DNA of 64,000 nt from Macrostomum hystrix (Eukaryota; Animalia; Platyhelminthes), in contig CATNEN010000038.1 in the NCBI GenBank assembly GCA_950097015.1, positions 22,072,001-22,136,000 of the forward strand. The letters run 5' to 3'. Both the position numbers and the translations under genes were made by a program. The notes below the pieces were generated by a model that was not told the DNA's origin, searched no databases, and saw nothing but the letters and a program-made list of their open reading frames with translations. Below, in pieces: positions 12,100-36,300 of the stretch (positions within the stretch are counted from its first letter, which is position 1; each line of letters begins with the position of its first letter).

Positions 12100-13501
12100 G
12101 CTGTTGCATTTGATTCTACAATTTTTTCTTTTTAAGTAGTTTATTAAAATATTTGTTAGCCTATTATGTTAGCAGAAAATTTGTCTAATAAGTTAACTTA
12201 GCCCTATTGGTCAACAATCCACTACTTAGTCACTAGTTATTTGCTAAATAGTAAATAGCTAAATCCATATCTTCATACATTGCTTGTCATTTTAAGAAAC
12301 TTTATTTTATTAATTATATATGGGCTCTAGTAAGAAATTAAAACAAAAAATTCTATATTTTTGGTTTTCTTATGTTACAGATCTTTCTTATCTGAGTTAA
12401 AAGACACCTCACTCATCTAAATTGGTGTATTGATGATATACAACATAAAAAGTGCAATATAACTTTTTTATTTTTAAATGGATTTAAAAAATTCCAAAAG
12501 CATATAGTTCCTTTTTTCATTATCTATGCTATGGAATATATATATCTTCTATGAACACTTAGTATTGAAGTGAAAGTAGGGCCTAATGAAAATTATGAAT
12601 TTTACACATTTGCCATCATAGACACTATCATACATAATCCAAATTGTATAAAATAAATAGTAAATACACTTTGCCAATAATAGATGAAATGAAATCAAAT
12701 GAAATGAATTGAACTTTAGTGAATTGAAAACCTAACAACAACTGTACTTATTAAATAAAAAATACAATTTTGATTTTATATTGAATAGGATTACTATGCT
12801 GACAAGACATGTTTATTTGTTTACAATATAAAACTCTTTTGGCTTTAAAGAAATGGCAAAGCCATACCTATTCCATAGCTTAACAAATAGACATTGCGTA
12901 GACATCAATTTACTATTTACAGTCAATTGCAATAGCCATCTGAAATGTGTAAAGGGGATATATTAGAGAAACATGTTTCCTGGAGATTCCACTAAAGAAA
13001 ATAAAAAAGTTTGAGTAATCATATTCTATATAAAATTCTATGTTACATTTTAATGGGATACACTTGGAAAACACTATAAACAATGATTAAAAAATAAAAA
13101 GAAAATTTCAACCAAAAAGTAAGAAACTGTCTTCTACTAAAAAATAATTGTTAATATAGATTTTTATATCCTCTTTCTTAATTTTTAATTTGTTTATTTT
13201 CAGTATCAATGCATTAGTAAATTTTTTAAGTTCTACATAAGGTAGTTTTTTCTCAATTTTAATCACACAGTGAATACTTACATTTTTTGGCACCATATGA
13301 CTTTTTTGTTTTTGCACAAATTGTAGTGTATAAAGCCTTGTTGTAAAGTAAATTTTATCTTCTTTCTATTGATAGTCTGCTTTATTTTCTAAACATAAAA
13401 TTTATGTTCTTTTTTTTTCATCAGAACATAGCATTGTTTGTTATCATTTATCATTTTCCCATTTTTTCGCTCACTGGAGTCCATAAATTATATATAATAC
13501 A

Positions 13502-13721
13502 CATACATGCGCAACCTCTCAAATCTTAGCCGGCTGTGCGACTTAGTTTTTGCTCTCATTTGCTCTCTTTTTCTCTCCCCTTTTTCCTTTTTTTCACACC
13601 TACCTTTTTGTCCCTTGGTCCCCCCTTTGATTTTTTTGCGCTTGGTCGATTGGTTTTTGCGACTTACCTTGCTTGGCCCTTGTTTCACCCGGCCGGTTCG
13701 GCTGGGTGTTGCGCATGTATG
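13502..13721 (-). mobile_element. hAT-like MITE, copy 2 (inverted)
   Basis: Perfect TIRs CATACATGCGCAAC / GTTGCGCATGTATG and 8-bp TSD ATAATACA (13494-13501 and 13722-13729). Confidence 0.92.
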
Positions 13722-14804
13722 ATAATACATGGCATAAAGAAATTAATAGTCCTATGATTGGTTAAAATTTATTTGGTGTATTATCTTTAGTACTTCAATC
13801 CTTATATAGTAATAAAAAATTTAATATTTAGACACCATATTTTTCTTTCAATAATCTAGATAGGGCTATCCTCTACCCTATGGGAAAAATCAAAATTTTT
13901 GGGGATACATGTCCAGTGAATTTTTGTAAATGGCAGGAAGTTGGACAGCATGGCTTTGCACAACATAGCACAGCACCCTGATGTTGTTTTTTCCTATAAG
14001 GGTGAACAGGCCAAGGCTGTTATTATGCCCTATCCTGGTACAGTGCTCTTTTGAGCTAAGATTTTAAGTTTCCAATGTATGTCAATAAACATTGTGCAAA
14101 AAATTCCCATATAGTTCCTTTAGTTTAGCATGTTTAGTTTAAAAAAAATTATAATGAAAGTTTTAATTAACTAAGTTTTAATAAAAATATTTTAAACAAA
14201 GACATTAGACATTAGTAACAACCAACATGCCACTGAGATGTCCTGGTTATATACTTGGATAGCATAGTATTGTGCCACCAGAAAATAATTTTGCCAAATT
14301 TAATAAGGCCAGGGAAGTTATTAGTCAACAAGTCAAGAGCTAAATTATCTTTGAATTCATCTTTGCTTCTTAGTCCATCCCAACCCTTTTCTTTCTCTTT
14401 AGTTTTAGCCATAGATATAGCCATGCATTATATACATTATCATTTCAGGAGTCAGCAAGATGGTCAGAATTGCCTCCTCGCTGGCTATGGGTCTCCCATG
14501 ATTTGGCAATGATTTGCCATTGCCCACAGCCCTCCTGAAATTAATATTATAATATGCACACATCACTCAAAAACTTGTTTTTAGTTTAAGTACTTGCTGT
14601 GCTATTCACTAGTAACTAAGAAAGTCAATCCATTTAAAAAAATGCAAAACTAGTGGATTGCCCAGGATAGGCCTGTCATATTCATTTTAAAATTTAAGGC
14701 TAACGCAGGCAGGCCTAATTATAATATAACAGCAAAGCTGAGTTTAATTTAGCACATTTTAATTATTAAGTTTTTTCTTTGACATTTTTGAGAACACAAA
14801 GGAT

Positions 14805-15054
14805 CATACATGTGCAACACCCGGCCAACCCAGCCAAACCGGCTGAGTGAAACAAGTGCCAAGCAAGGTATGTCGCAAAAACCAATCAACCAAGCGCAAA
14901 AAAATCAAAGGGGGGACCAAGCGACAAAAAAGGAAGGCGTGAAGAAAAGGAAAAGGGGAGAGAAAAAGAGAGCAAATGAGAGCAAACTAAGTCGTAAATA
15001 GAGCAAAAACTAAGTCGCACGGCCGGCTAAGATTTGGGAGGTTGCGCATGTATG
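14805..15054 (+). mobile_element. hAT-like MITE, copy 3
   Basis: Same internal sequence and TIRs as copies 1 and 2; flanks (caaaggat / ttctcatt) do not form a TSD. Confidence 0.85.
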
Positions 15055-16576
15055 TTCTCATTTGATTAGCTATGCTTTAAAAGTATTTGTCAACTAGTAA
15101 TAGTTTGTATTGGTTGGTTTATTTATTGCTATACTGAGAACAATACTCTAATTGTCTAGTGGGATCAAATGTTATGTATAGTTGTAGAATCGAATAGTAA
15201 CCAGTGCATACTATATGTTAGTAGCTATATGGCTGTTTTGAACAGCTACTACTACTAGAGACTACTGCTAGCTACTAGAGACAAGTTCTGATGTTTAAAT
15301 CATTCTCATTGAAACTTATTGATATCAACAATTAGATTTATTACAAAAACTTCTCTGTTAACATAATCTGTAGATTGCTCTAATTTGCTCTAATTTACAT
15401 TGAAAATATATATTTAATTTCAAATAGAATTATGTATTTGTTAGACTGGGCTTTCACACTTTTTGCAACAGTTTTGAAATATATTATTTGTCTAGGAGGT
15501 AATTTGAATGTAATTTATTGTTTTATCTAACATATTTTTTCTCATACTTCCTGGCGCTAATCTGAAAAGCTATATAAATGTTAGTTTTCACACGTATAAA
15601 GTAAAATTCATAATTAATATTTAATTTTTATTAGCTTTTACTGCTATTTGACTGTGAATCAAATCTATTAATATAACAAAAATATAATTTTAGTTATAAC
15701 TCTTTGTAGTACTATCTAAAAACTTTTAATATTCAACTATTACATAGTTTACTGTGTATTTAATATTGGATGGGAGGGGTGAGTGGTGACACATCTGGTG
15801 TAGCCAAAGATAAAAAAGCTATCTCTCTTCTCTTTTTCTTCAAGAAGATAAGTGTTGTCATGCAAATAATGCTATTATAGTAAGAGTGAATATTGTACAA
15901 GTGTAGAAGTAAAAAATCAGGGCAATATTCACATGTGTGTGTGTATAGCAGATTCAATGTCCCCAAAATAGTGTGTCAGTGCCAACAGTCTCCTTCAATT
16001 ACTGTGATTAGATAATGCTTATTGCATGCTTTTTAGTTTATTATATTATTTTATATCATTGAAACGATTAAGTATATAGCTAAATAAGCTATATGCTTGT
16101 TTAGGCTGGTTATATTTTCACTGTCTCATGAAAAATTGCAGTGAATTAGACCTGCTGATATGCTATGCATACAAATATATATTATGAGTGGTCAATTTTT
16201 TGTAGCATGGCGAATGATATCACATATACTGAAGTATGTAGATTTAAATTACTTGTTCAATAATGTGTAATATGATCCATGTTTATAAATGGTTAGGTCG
16301 GAATGCAGGCATGGGTATATAAGAAGCATTTGGGTTGGGGCAATATAGCTTGCCAGTGTTGCCTCAATCTATTCTCTTTGAGCTAGTCTTTCTATACTTT
16401 GCTTCTCAATTTTGGGTGGAGCCATATTGGGCCCTCCCTCCTCGAAATGCTTCTTTTGTTTTGATGCCATTTGTACTTGTCGCTAGCTATTGTTATTTTC
16501 TGCAAAAACTGATGTTTTAACTTGTATCTTAATTATATTGTGTACATAATCACCAAGTCAGTCATTTTAATTCAAT

Positions 16577-17340
16577 CAGGTGAGGTTAAACACCTGACCT
16601 TTGAGATCTGGGTGAGGTTAAACACCTGAGCAATGAGATCTGGGTGAGGTTAAACACCTGAGCAATGAGATCTGGGTGAGGTTAAACACCTGAGCAATGA
16701 GATCTGGGTGAGTTTAAACACCTGACCAATGAGATCTGGGTGAGGTTAAACACCTGAGCAATGAGATCTGGGTGAGGTTAAACACCTGAGCAATGAGATC
16801 TGGGTGAGGTTAAACACCTGACCAATGAGATCTGGGTGAGGTTAAACACCTGAGCAATGAGTAAACACCTGACCAATGAGATCTGGGTGAGGTTAAACAC
16901 CTGACCAATGAGATCTGGGTGAGGTTAAACACCTGAGCAATGAGATCTGGGTGAGGTTAAACACCTGACCAATGAGATCTGGGTGAGGTTAAACACCTGA
17001 CCAATGAGATCTGGGTGAGGTTAAACACCTGACCAATGAGATCTGGGTGAGGTTAAACACCTGACCAATGAGATCTGGGTGAGGTTAAACATCTGAGCAA
17101 TGAGATCTGGGTGAGGTTAAACACCTGACCAATGAGATCTGGGTGAGGTTAAACACCTGACCAATGAGATCTGGGTGAGGTTAAACACCTGACCAATGAG
17201 ATCTGGGTGAGGTTAAACACCTGACCAATGAGATCTGGGTGAGGTTAAACACCTGACCAATGAGATCTGGGTGAGGTTAAACACCTGACCAATGAGATCT
17301 GGGTGAGGTTAAACACCTGAATCTAGGTGAGGTTAAACAT
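16577..17340. repeat. 32-bp minisatellite (~23 copies) containing CCAAT and CACCTG motifs
   Basis: Unit GGTGAGGTTAAACACCTGA(C/G)CAATGAGATCTG. Confidence 0.95.
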
Positions 17341-18690
17341 ATTACCAGAGCTCCCAAATAGCTTGTTTTTTATGGCACCAGGTGACAGAACTCATGTTCA
17401 AAGATTCATTTTATTAATTAACAGTAAAGTTAATAAAACTTCAGCTGGAAGGTTGCGTTTTCCTTTATTGATTTATTGTCCGTGTACTTTTACAATTCTA
17501 TCTAGCATTGCATAGGCCTGGTGGTGAAGTCAATATCTATGAGGAAGACGCACTGTCTGGTTGTTGGTCTTCGTTTTCCCTTGAATGTTCCACCCCCACA
17601 GGCCAGGTCTCGGTATTTTCTCTCTAACCCTAGCTGTCTTCTAGCAATTCGCCTACAACAGACGGGTGGGGCTTGGGAAACTGAAAATTATTCGCTGACT
17701 TTTGCTGCTTTTGCCCCAATGCTATATTCTCCCCTGCACTGTCTGATCGTTTCGCCATCTCTCTTACCCCTCTCTCCCATTCCCGTTGCTTGACTGTTGC
17801 TTAGTGCATTTTTTTCTTGAAAAAAAATTATCTTTCTCTGTACCTTCCACCCTTCCTTCAATGCCAGTTCTGGGCCGCACCCTTGGGTAGATAGCTTTGG
17901 TGTAGGGTGGTGGTTGTTAGCTATAGTCGAAACACATTCGAGACGACACGCCCAACCAGACTCTGCTACAGTCCCTGATGCTGCATCTCCCTCCCTACTT
18001 TCCTTTCCACCAGTGTGGCCCCCCCGGCCTCTATAGCTGCGTCTTCTTGCCTCGCTGCGTTTTTTAGGACTTGCGGCTTAATCCCTTCCCCAATGTCTTC
18101 TCTGCATCTCTCTCCCTTCTCTCTCTCTCTATCTATCGCTCTGTACTATCACGGCTTACACTTTGTACAAATACCGAGTGTACACTGTACATTCACACTA
18201 ACTTTCTTGCCATACTTTGCTTGCCTTGTTCACCACCCAATGTCTGTCTATTATTTTCTCCCCTTTTTGGCTCCCTCTCTCTTCCTCTTCCTTCCCTACC
18301 CTGCGTCTCCCAATCTCTTCCTCCGATTCTGGTGTACACACAGTCTGCTGCAGCATATATATGCCTTTATACTATCTATTTGTATTTGTCTGCTGTTTAT
18401 TTCGAGTCTCGCAATTTAACTAATATCTTATTATATTAGAAGACTAAATTTAAAAAAATAACTATATTTGTTTAAAAAAGCACAACTATTTGGCTGTTTA
18501 ATTTAGATGCACAGCCACTATTTCATATCTGTTTCAGCGTTTACTGTTGAATTCTTGTTGGCCAAAGCTACATTAATCCGAGAGTCCGCAGTTATAAGCA
18601 AGCTTACTTACTAAACATCACCGTGCTGATTTTCCTCATCATTTTCTTGAATTGAAACACAATTTATTTCAAACAACAAGCATCTCCACA

Positions 18691-29364
<10,674 letters not shown>

Positions 29365-31987
29365 TTTAAACGACTTTTTTCCTGAACTTTTTTCTCTAGT
29401 TATAGAGGCTCGCACACCGATTGATGTGAAGAAAAAGAGACATTGTTGAAAATTGACAGCAGACAGATTCAAACCACTGATTGCCGGCTACTGACGTTCG
29501 ATAGTCGGATCAATCACAATAATGGCCTCGATCGCACCTTCCCCCCTTTTAATATGTTTTGAGCATATAACTTATATATATTATATATATACTCATAGTG
29601 TTGCATACTGAAAGCTGTCTCACTTCACTGTTCTTTGCTATTCTGTTCTCAACTGTTCTCTTATAAATTAAATTATTGTTGCTGTTGTTCGGTTAGGTTA
29701 TTTTGTTGAGTCGAACGACAGTTTTTTTACCTTAGCTACTTAGGCATTAAATCCGCTTGGCTGTCTTTATGCGAAAGAAAACTACAATTTCGCTTCTCAC
29801 ATTTTAGTCTCGGTGTTGTCTTGCTTGTCGTCTTGGTCGAATATTTTAAATTGCAGTTGAGCCGTAAAATACGTTTTTTCTATTTGTCTGTCTGTATTAA
29901 TTCTTTTTTTTTCAAACAGTTCAAACAAGCCTGATTTATTAATGAAAAAACATTAATGTGTTTTGATTAAATTTAAACTCGCGCCAAAAACGGTTTATTG
30001 TAACAAATAGATACCAAATGCATATAATGGTCGATGCCAATGCTAAGTTATTAATTTATAAATATTCATTATGTGCTAAAAATCTATGAAAAATGAAAGG
30101 AAAAAGTTTAAATCCTTTTTTGGCGAGAATTTAGATTTTTATAAAATAAATATACAAATCGGCTTGAATGTTTTTGCAGCTGTTTCTCCGTCTTGCTTCT
30201 TGTTATTTTATTAGTAGCTAGGAATTGCGTTTTAATGTCTCTGGGTTTTTTTACATTTTTTGCCTAGGAAAGTAAGACTAGTTGCTCTGTTTGTTTATTT
30301 TTTTATAGTTCCTGCACTTTGTCTAGTTGCTTCTTAATGCGAGGTCGTTGAGTATATTGCTTTTTTAAAACAATATTCACAGTTTTATATTTTTAGACAC
30401 TTTTCCAATTTCTACCTTTGTGTTTTATGTTTATACTTATAACAGAACTATTTTATGGGAAGTTTTATTCTTTTAATTATATATATTTCACTTTTTAGTG
30501 CAATAAGATAAAGAATCCCTTACATAGATCAATAATTGTCATATTTGCTAGTCATTAGTACTGTTATTGAGTGAAATTAAAACAAAATCGTGTTTTTTGC
30601 AGAATTGTTTGTTAATCTTGCTTCTTTTTTTAAAACGACAAGGAAAATTGTTTTTTTAAGAAAGAATTATTATAACGTTTTTGCAGACAATTTTTCATAA
30701 CCTATTAGCACCTCAGATAATTATAGATATTTAACGCTTCTGATGTAGCTGCTTTTTTCCGGATTTGTTTTTTTAACGTGAAATAACGTCTCTTTTTGAA
30801 ATTATAAAATACGCCGTCTCTGTGCTGTCGTGTTGTCTTCTTTCAATGTTGTGCTTATCCATCCATGTTGGTGGTAAATGAGTTTAAATTTATTAATCTA
30901 TATTAGCTATAGCTTAACTATACAGCTGTAACTTCAAACTAATTTAATTTGTTTTAATTTTTGTTATAATTAAATGGCATAGTAAAACTTATCTGAAGTA
31001 GTTTTATACGTAAAAGTAGTGGAAAAAAATAAATATTTCTCTTGGGATTTAGCTGTGTTAAAATGATTATTACACAGAATATTGTATTAATAATAATAAT
31101 ACTATTGTGTTGTTATTAAAAATTTTTCTTAATAATTAAAATCCTTAGCTTGTGCTTTCTGCATTTGCTAATTAACTTATTCCGCGAATTTAAATCTGCT
31201 TAATTGGTAATGCTTTATTAAGTTATTATTATTATTATTATTATTATAATTGTTACTTTTTTATACTAGTATCAGTACGGCCTTCAAATAAACTGTATTG
31301 ATTTTTGTGTTAGTGTGCGTAATATTTCAGATTAGCTTATTAGAGAAACAGAATTGGTTCAACCAACTCAAATGCACCCTTCGCTTCAGCTATATATGTG
31401 TCTATTCTATACTCTTAATGTAGTTTATTATTTGTTACTCATACATATAATTGTATGGAATTTTTTGTCGGATTTTTTTGCTACTAAAACTATACGCAAC
31501 TGTTCTCAACCGTGTGTTATCTCTCTCTGAGTTTTATTGTCTTTTTATTCTTTTCCTGTCTCAGCAATAACGACAATAATAATCCTGTTAACGTTCAACT
31601 AATGTTATTATTCATTTGAGAAATTGATTTTCATTGTCGCAATATTTTTTTGCCATAGCAGCTTGCACCTGTGCACAAATTGATGCTTTGACGGTCCCAG
31701 CTACAAAACCTGTCTGAATATGGCAGTGCAATTTTTCTGCACTGAGAAACACATGTTGAAGCAATATATATATCCCACCTGTTCGTCATTATTTATAACA
31801 AAAATATTTACTCTTTTATTACACGCGAGATGCAAAAAAATGGTTGGTAACAAAAGGTGTGAATTTATACCTGTGTACCTACTACGCTCGTATTATTTAA
31901 TAGACTATTGTATATGTGAGCATGGTCTCAAAAACTTGATTTTGCCTTACTCATTTGTTCTGTTCGCAAATTTACTTGGGTTCGGGA

Positions 31988-32248
31988 CATCCTAATCTGG
32001 GTTTGGGTCATCCTGATCTGGGTTTGGGTCATCCTGATCTGGGTTTGGGTCATCCTGATCTGAGTTTGGGTCATCCTGATCTGGGTTTGAGTCATCCTGA
32101 TCTGGGTTTGGGTCAACCTAATCTGGGTTTGAGTCAACCTAATCTGGGTTTGAGTCAACCTAATCTGGGTTTGGGTCAACCTAATCTGGGTTTGGGTCAT
32201 CCTGATCTGGATTTGGGTCATCCTAATCTGGGTTTGGGTCAACCTGAT
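31988..32248. repeat. 21-bp minisatellite (~12 copies) between the convergent Gbeta and CLCA 3' ends
   Basis: Unit ATCTGGGTTTGGGTCA(T/A)CCT(G/A). Confidence 0.93.
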
Positions 32249-33311
32249 TTTGTTTTTGGCCGAACTGTGTCGATCTAGGTATTCTAGGTGCATATGTTAT
32301 AACTTACAGTGAATCTATATTGCTACTTTAGCCTCGCATTTTGCTTTTGCCTGGCCAAATCAGTCTACAATTGGAACTGTGGTCGAAGTCAGCCAGCTGA
32401 AGGTGCCAATTACATAATTTGTCTGCAATCTGCAATTACTGTAGAATGCATGATATCTTTAGAGAAAAAATGAAAGACTCGAAAAACGGGCAGTAGAAAA
32501 ACCTAGAATTAGCTAGAAAAAGAGACTTTAAAAAGAACCATAAAAAAAGATTTTTCTGTTCCTGCTAGGCTGAGCATAATTAATAGGCTTCATTGAAAGC
32601 CTGCTCAAATTGTATATGTTCACTGGTCCCTAGCCTTCAGAATTGTTTTTATAACATTCAGTACTTTGATAATACGATGGAAATGGAATAACTTGCTTTG
32701 ACCTTGACTAATTTCCAGAAAAGTAACGTATTCAAAGTTTCATTGACTAGGATTGGTCACGTGTTTCTTATGATTGGTGGGTAATTAAAGGGGTTCCCTA
32801 ACGGCTTCTATAAATAGCAATCATCTTTTTGGCAGTTCTGAACTCATAGCAATATACCTGCAACATATTGTGTGCCCATGTTGTATGATCATATTCTGAT
32901 TCGTGAAAATCGATTGGCTACTGTCGAGTCACGTAATTGTATTTAACGTGAGGTTTTAGAGGGTTCCCCAGAATATTTTCTAAATATAGCATCAGCTCTG
33001 TAGGCTAATCTAGAATAATTATCGATTTTTAAGCGCATTAGAATTTGAGGCGAAGCTGTACAATTAGTTAAGTTAAGGATCGATTCATTTTTATTTAAGC
33101 AACAGTTTAACGGCAACTAACGGGTAGATTTTTTTTCGAATGTGAATATTAGAAAGCTCGTTTTTTCATCACTTACTCAATGGACTTGAGCAGCACTGGA
33201 TGTCACAAAAATGTATACATTTTTGCGCGGTAAAGTAAAAGTTAATCAGATTCAGATTAGATTGAATAGGCATATTTTCAGTTAGTTTCTATAGGCAGTT
33301 TAACAGACACG

Positions 33312-36300
33312 CTAAGCCACAAGATTTAGTCTTCTACGCCGTCGACGTGACAGAGCGACCATAGTCAGGAGGACAGCTGCTGTCAGGGTCATCAGGCCTA
33401 GAACCAAGCCGCCGATGACAGCCAATAGCGTCGGGTCACTATCAGTCGAGGCTTCTGTAGACCCATCAGTCATGTCAGTGGAAATTTCCGTTGACCTAGG
33501 GTCAGTTGCGCCAGTGGAAATTTCCGTTGACCTAGGGTCAGTTGCGGCAGTGGAATTTTCCGTTGACCTAGGGTCAGTTGCGGCAGTGGAATTTTCCGTT
33601 GACCTAGGGTCAGTTGCGGCAGTGGAATTTTCCGTTGACCTAGGGTCAGTTGCGGCAGTGGAATTTTCCGTTGACCTAGGGTCAGTTGCGGCAGTGGAAT
33701 TTTCCGTTGACCTAGGGTCAGTTGCGGCAGTGGAATTTTCCGTTGACCTAGGGTCAGTTGCGGCAGTGGAATTTTCCGTTGTTTTTTGTTCAGTTGCGCC
33801 AGTGGAATTTTCCGTTGGTTTCGATTCAGTGGAGCCGGTGGAAATTTCCGTTGGTTTCGATGCAGTGGAGCCGGTGGAAATTTCCGTTGGTTTCGATGCA
33901 GTGGAGCCGGTGGAAATTTCCGTTGGAGGGTCTGTCCTTTCAATAGTGGCCTCTATTTCAGTTGTTTCTATTGAAACATGCGATGTAACGTCGTCAGCAG
34001 TTGCTTGAGCGGTGGTCAGTTCCGAACCACCATCGGTAGGTAAAGTCGAACTCGAGTCGAGACTGCCGTTGCCGTCGATATTGCCATAGACATCGACATT
34101 GCTAGGCCTCTGAAATTGTGCACTAACAATATTTGACATTTCGCTGTAGATGCCTTGATTATTTTTCACTCGCAGTCCCAGACAGAAAGTGCCGTTTTGG
34201 GGTAATTGGCTTCTGCTCAAAGTTATCGACTGCTCAGTACCAGGTGCTTCCGGCTTGACTCTAGCGACAGTTATCATCGAGTTCAAAGGAAATGTCGATT
34301 CGAAATCCTCTAGCAGACTCGAGAAGCTCTGCGAGGCGAGAATCTCCACCGCGGCAGCTGTGGTAGAAAAACAGGGAGAGGACATTTTCCGGTGGACATT
34401 TTCAGGTGGACATTTTCAGGTGGACAGTTTTAAATCGGCATTTTCAAGTGGAAATTTGTAAGGTAGAACTTTTCAAGTGGAAATTTAAAAGTGGACAATT
34501 TTGAGTGGACAATTTTACATAAGATTTTACACTTCGAGTAACAATCCTTACGAGCGTTGCAATCCTTAAAAAAAACGCAGCGAAAGAATATACAGAATTT
34601 ACAAAAATTAAAATTTGTTCCTATTTCCTAAAAAATTATGTAGCGAGAATGACAGCAAAAACACATTAGCCAGATTTTTTATGCGTTAAATCGAGCTAAA
34701 ATATTCATCAGACACACACACACAAGGATTCTATTTTCAAGAAAATCCAATATTCTACTTTGTTATGTAAACTATATTTGGCACCGCAATGTTTGACAGC
34801 AATTATAGTCACACATGTTAACAAATAAGAAATTGCAGAGTTGCTAAGAACTCATTTTGACTCGATATTTACAACTTACTCGTACAACTGTACCTGTTTT
34901 CTACAATTCAAACAGTCACTCCGTTAGAACCAGTAGGCATTCCAGTGACTCGGCAGACACTCCTATGACACGACTGTCGTTCCAATGATTCCAAAATCGC
35001 TCCTATGACCTTAAGGTCACCAAATGGTCACTCTAATGATCATAACGTCACTCTAATGAACAGAACGTCACTCTAATGATCAGAACGTCACTCTAATGAA
35101 CAGAACGTCACTCTAATGATCAGAACGTCACTCTAATGATCAGAACGTCACTCTAATGAACAAAACGTCACTCTAATGATCAGAACGTAATCAGAACGTC
35201 ACTCGAATGATGATTAAAGAACGTCACTCTAATGATCAGAACGTCACTATAATGATCAGAACGTCACTATAATGATCAGAACGTCACTCTAATGATCAGA
35301 ACGTCACTCTAATGAACAGAACGTCACTCTAATGATCGGAACGTCACTCTAATGATCAGAACGTCACTCTAATGATCAGAACGTCACTCTAATGATCAGA
35401 ACGTCACTCTAATGATCAGAACGTCACTCTAATGATCAGAACGTCACTCGAATGATAATTAAAGAACGTCACTCTAATGATCAGAACGTCATCAGAACGT
35501 CACTCGAATGATAATTAAAGAACGTCACTCTAATGATCAGAAAGTCACTCTAATGATCAGAACATCACTCTAATGATCAGAACGTCACTCTAATGATCAG
35601 AACGTCACTCTAATGATCAGAACGTCACTCTAATGATCAGAACGTCACTCTAATGATCAGAACGTCACTCTAATGATCAGAACGTCACTCTAATGATCAG
35701 AAAGTCACTCTAATGATCAGAAAGTCACTCTAATGATCAGAACATCACTCTAATGATCAGAACGTCACTCTAATGATCAGAACGTACTCTAATGATCAGA
35801 ACGTCACTCTAATGATCAGAACGTCACTCTAATGATCAGAACGTCACTCTAATGATCAGAACGTCCCTCGAATGATAATTAAAGAACGTCACTCTAATGA
35901 TCAGAACGTCATCAGAACGTCACTCGAATGATAATTAAAGAACGTCACTCTAATGATCAGAAAGTCACTCTAATGATCAGAACATAACTCTAATGATCAG
36001 AACGTCACTCTAATGATCAGAACGTCACTCTAATGATCAGAACGTCACTCTAATGATCAGAACGTCACTCGAATGATAATTAAAGAACGTCACTCTAATG
36101 ATCAGAACGTCATCAGAACGTCACTCGAATGATAATTAAAGAACGTCACTCTAATGATCAGAACGTCATCAGAACGTCACTCGAATGATAATTAAAGAAC
36201 GTCACTCTAATGATCAGAAAGTCACTCTAACGTCACTCTGACCAAAACGACCAACGACCAAAAGAGTCAGTCCAATGACACCAAAAGAGTCAGTCCAATG

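Noticed and set aside
29365-31900. Possible gene in the AT-rich region after Gbeta
   Set aside because: No credible ORF or exon chain; T-rich composition and AATAAA sites fit a long 3' UTR or intergenic DNA.
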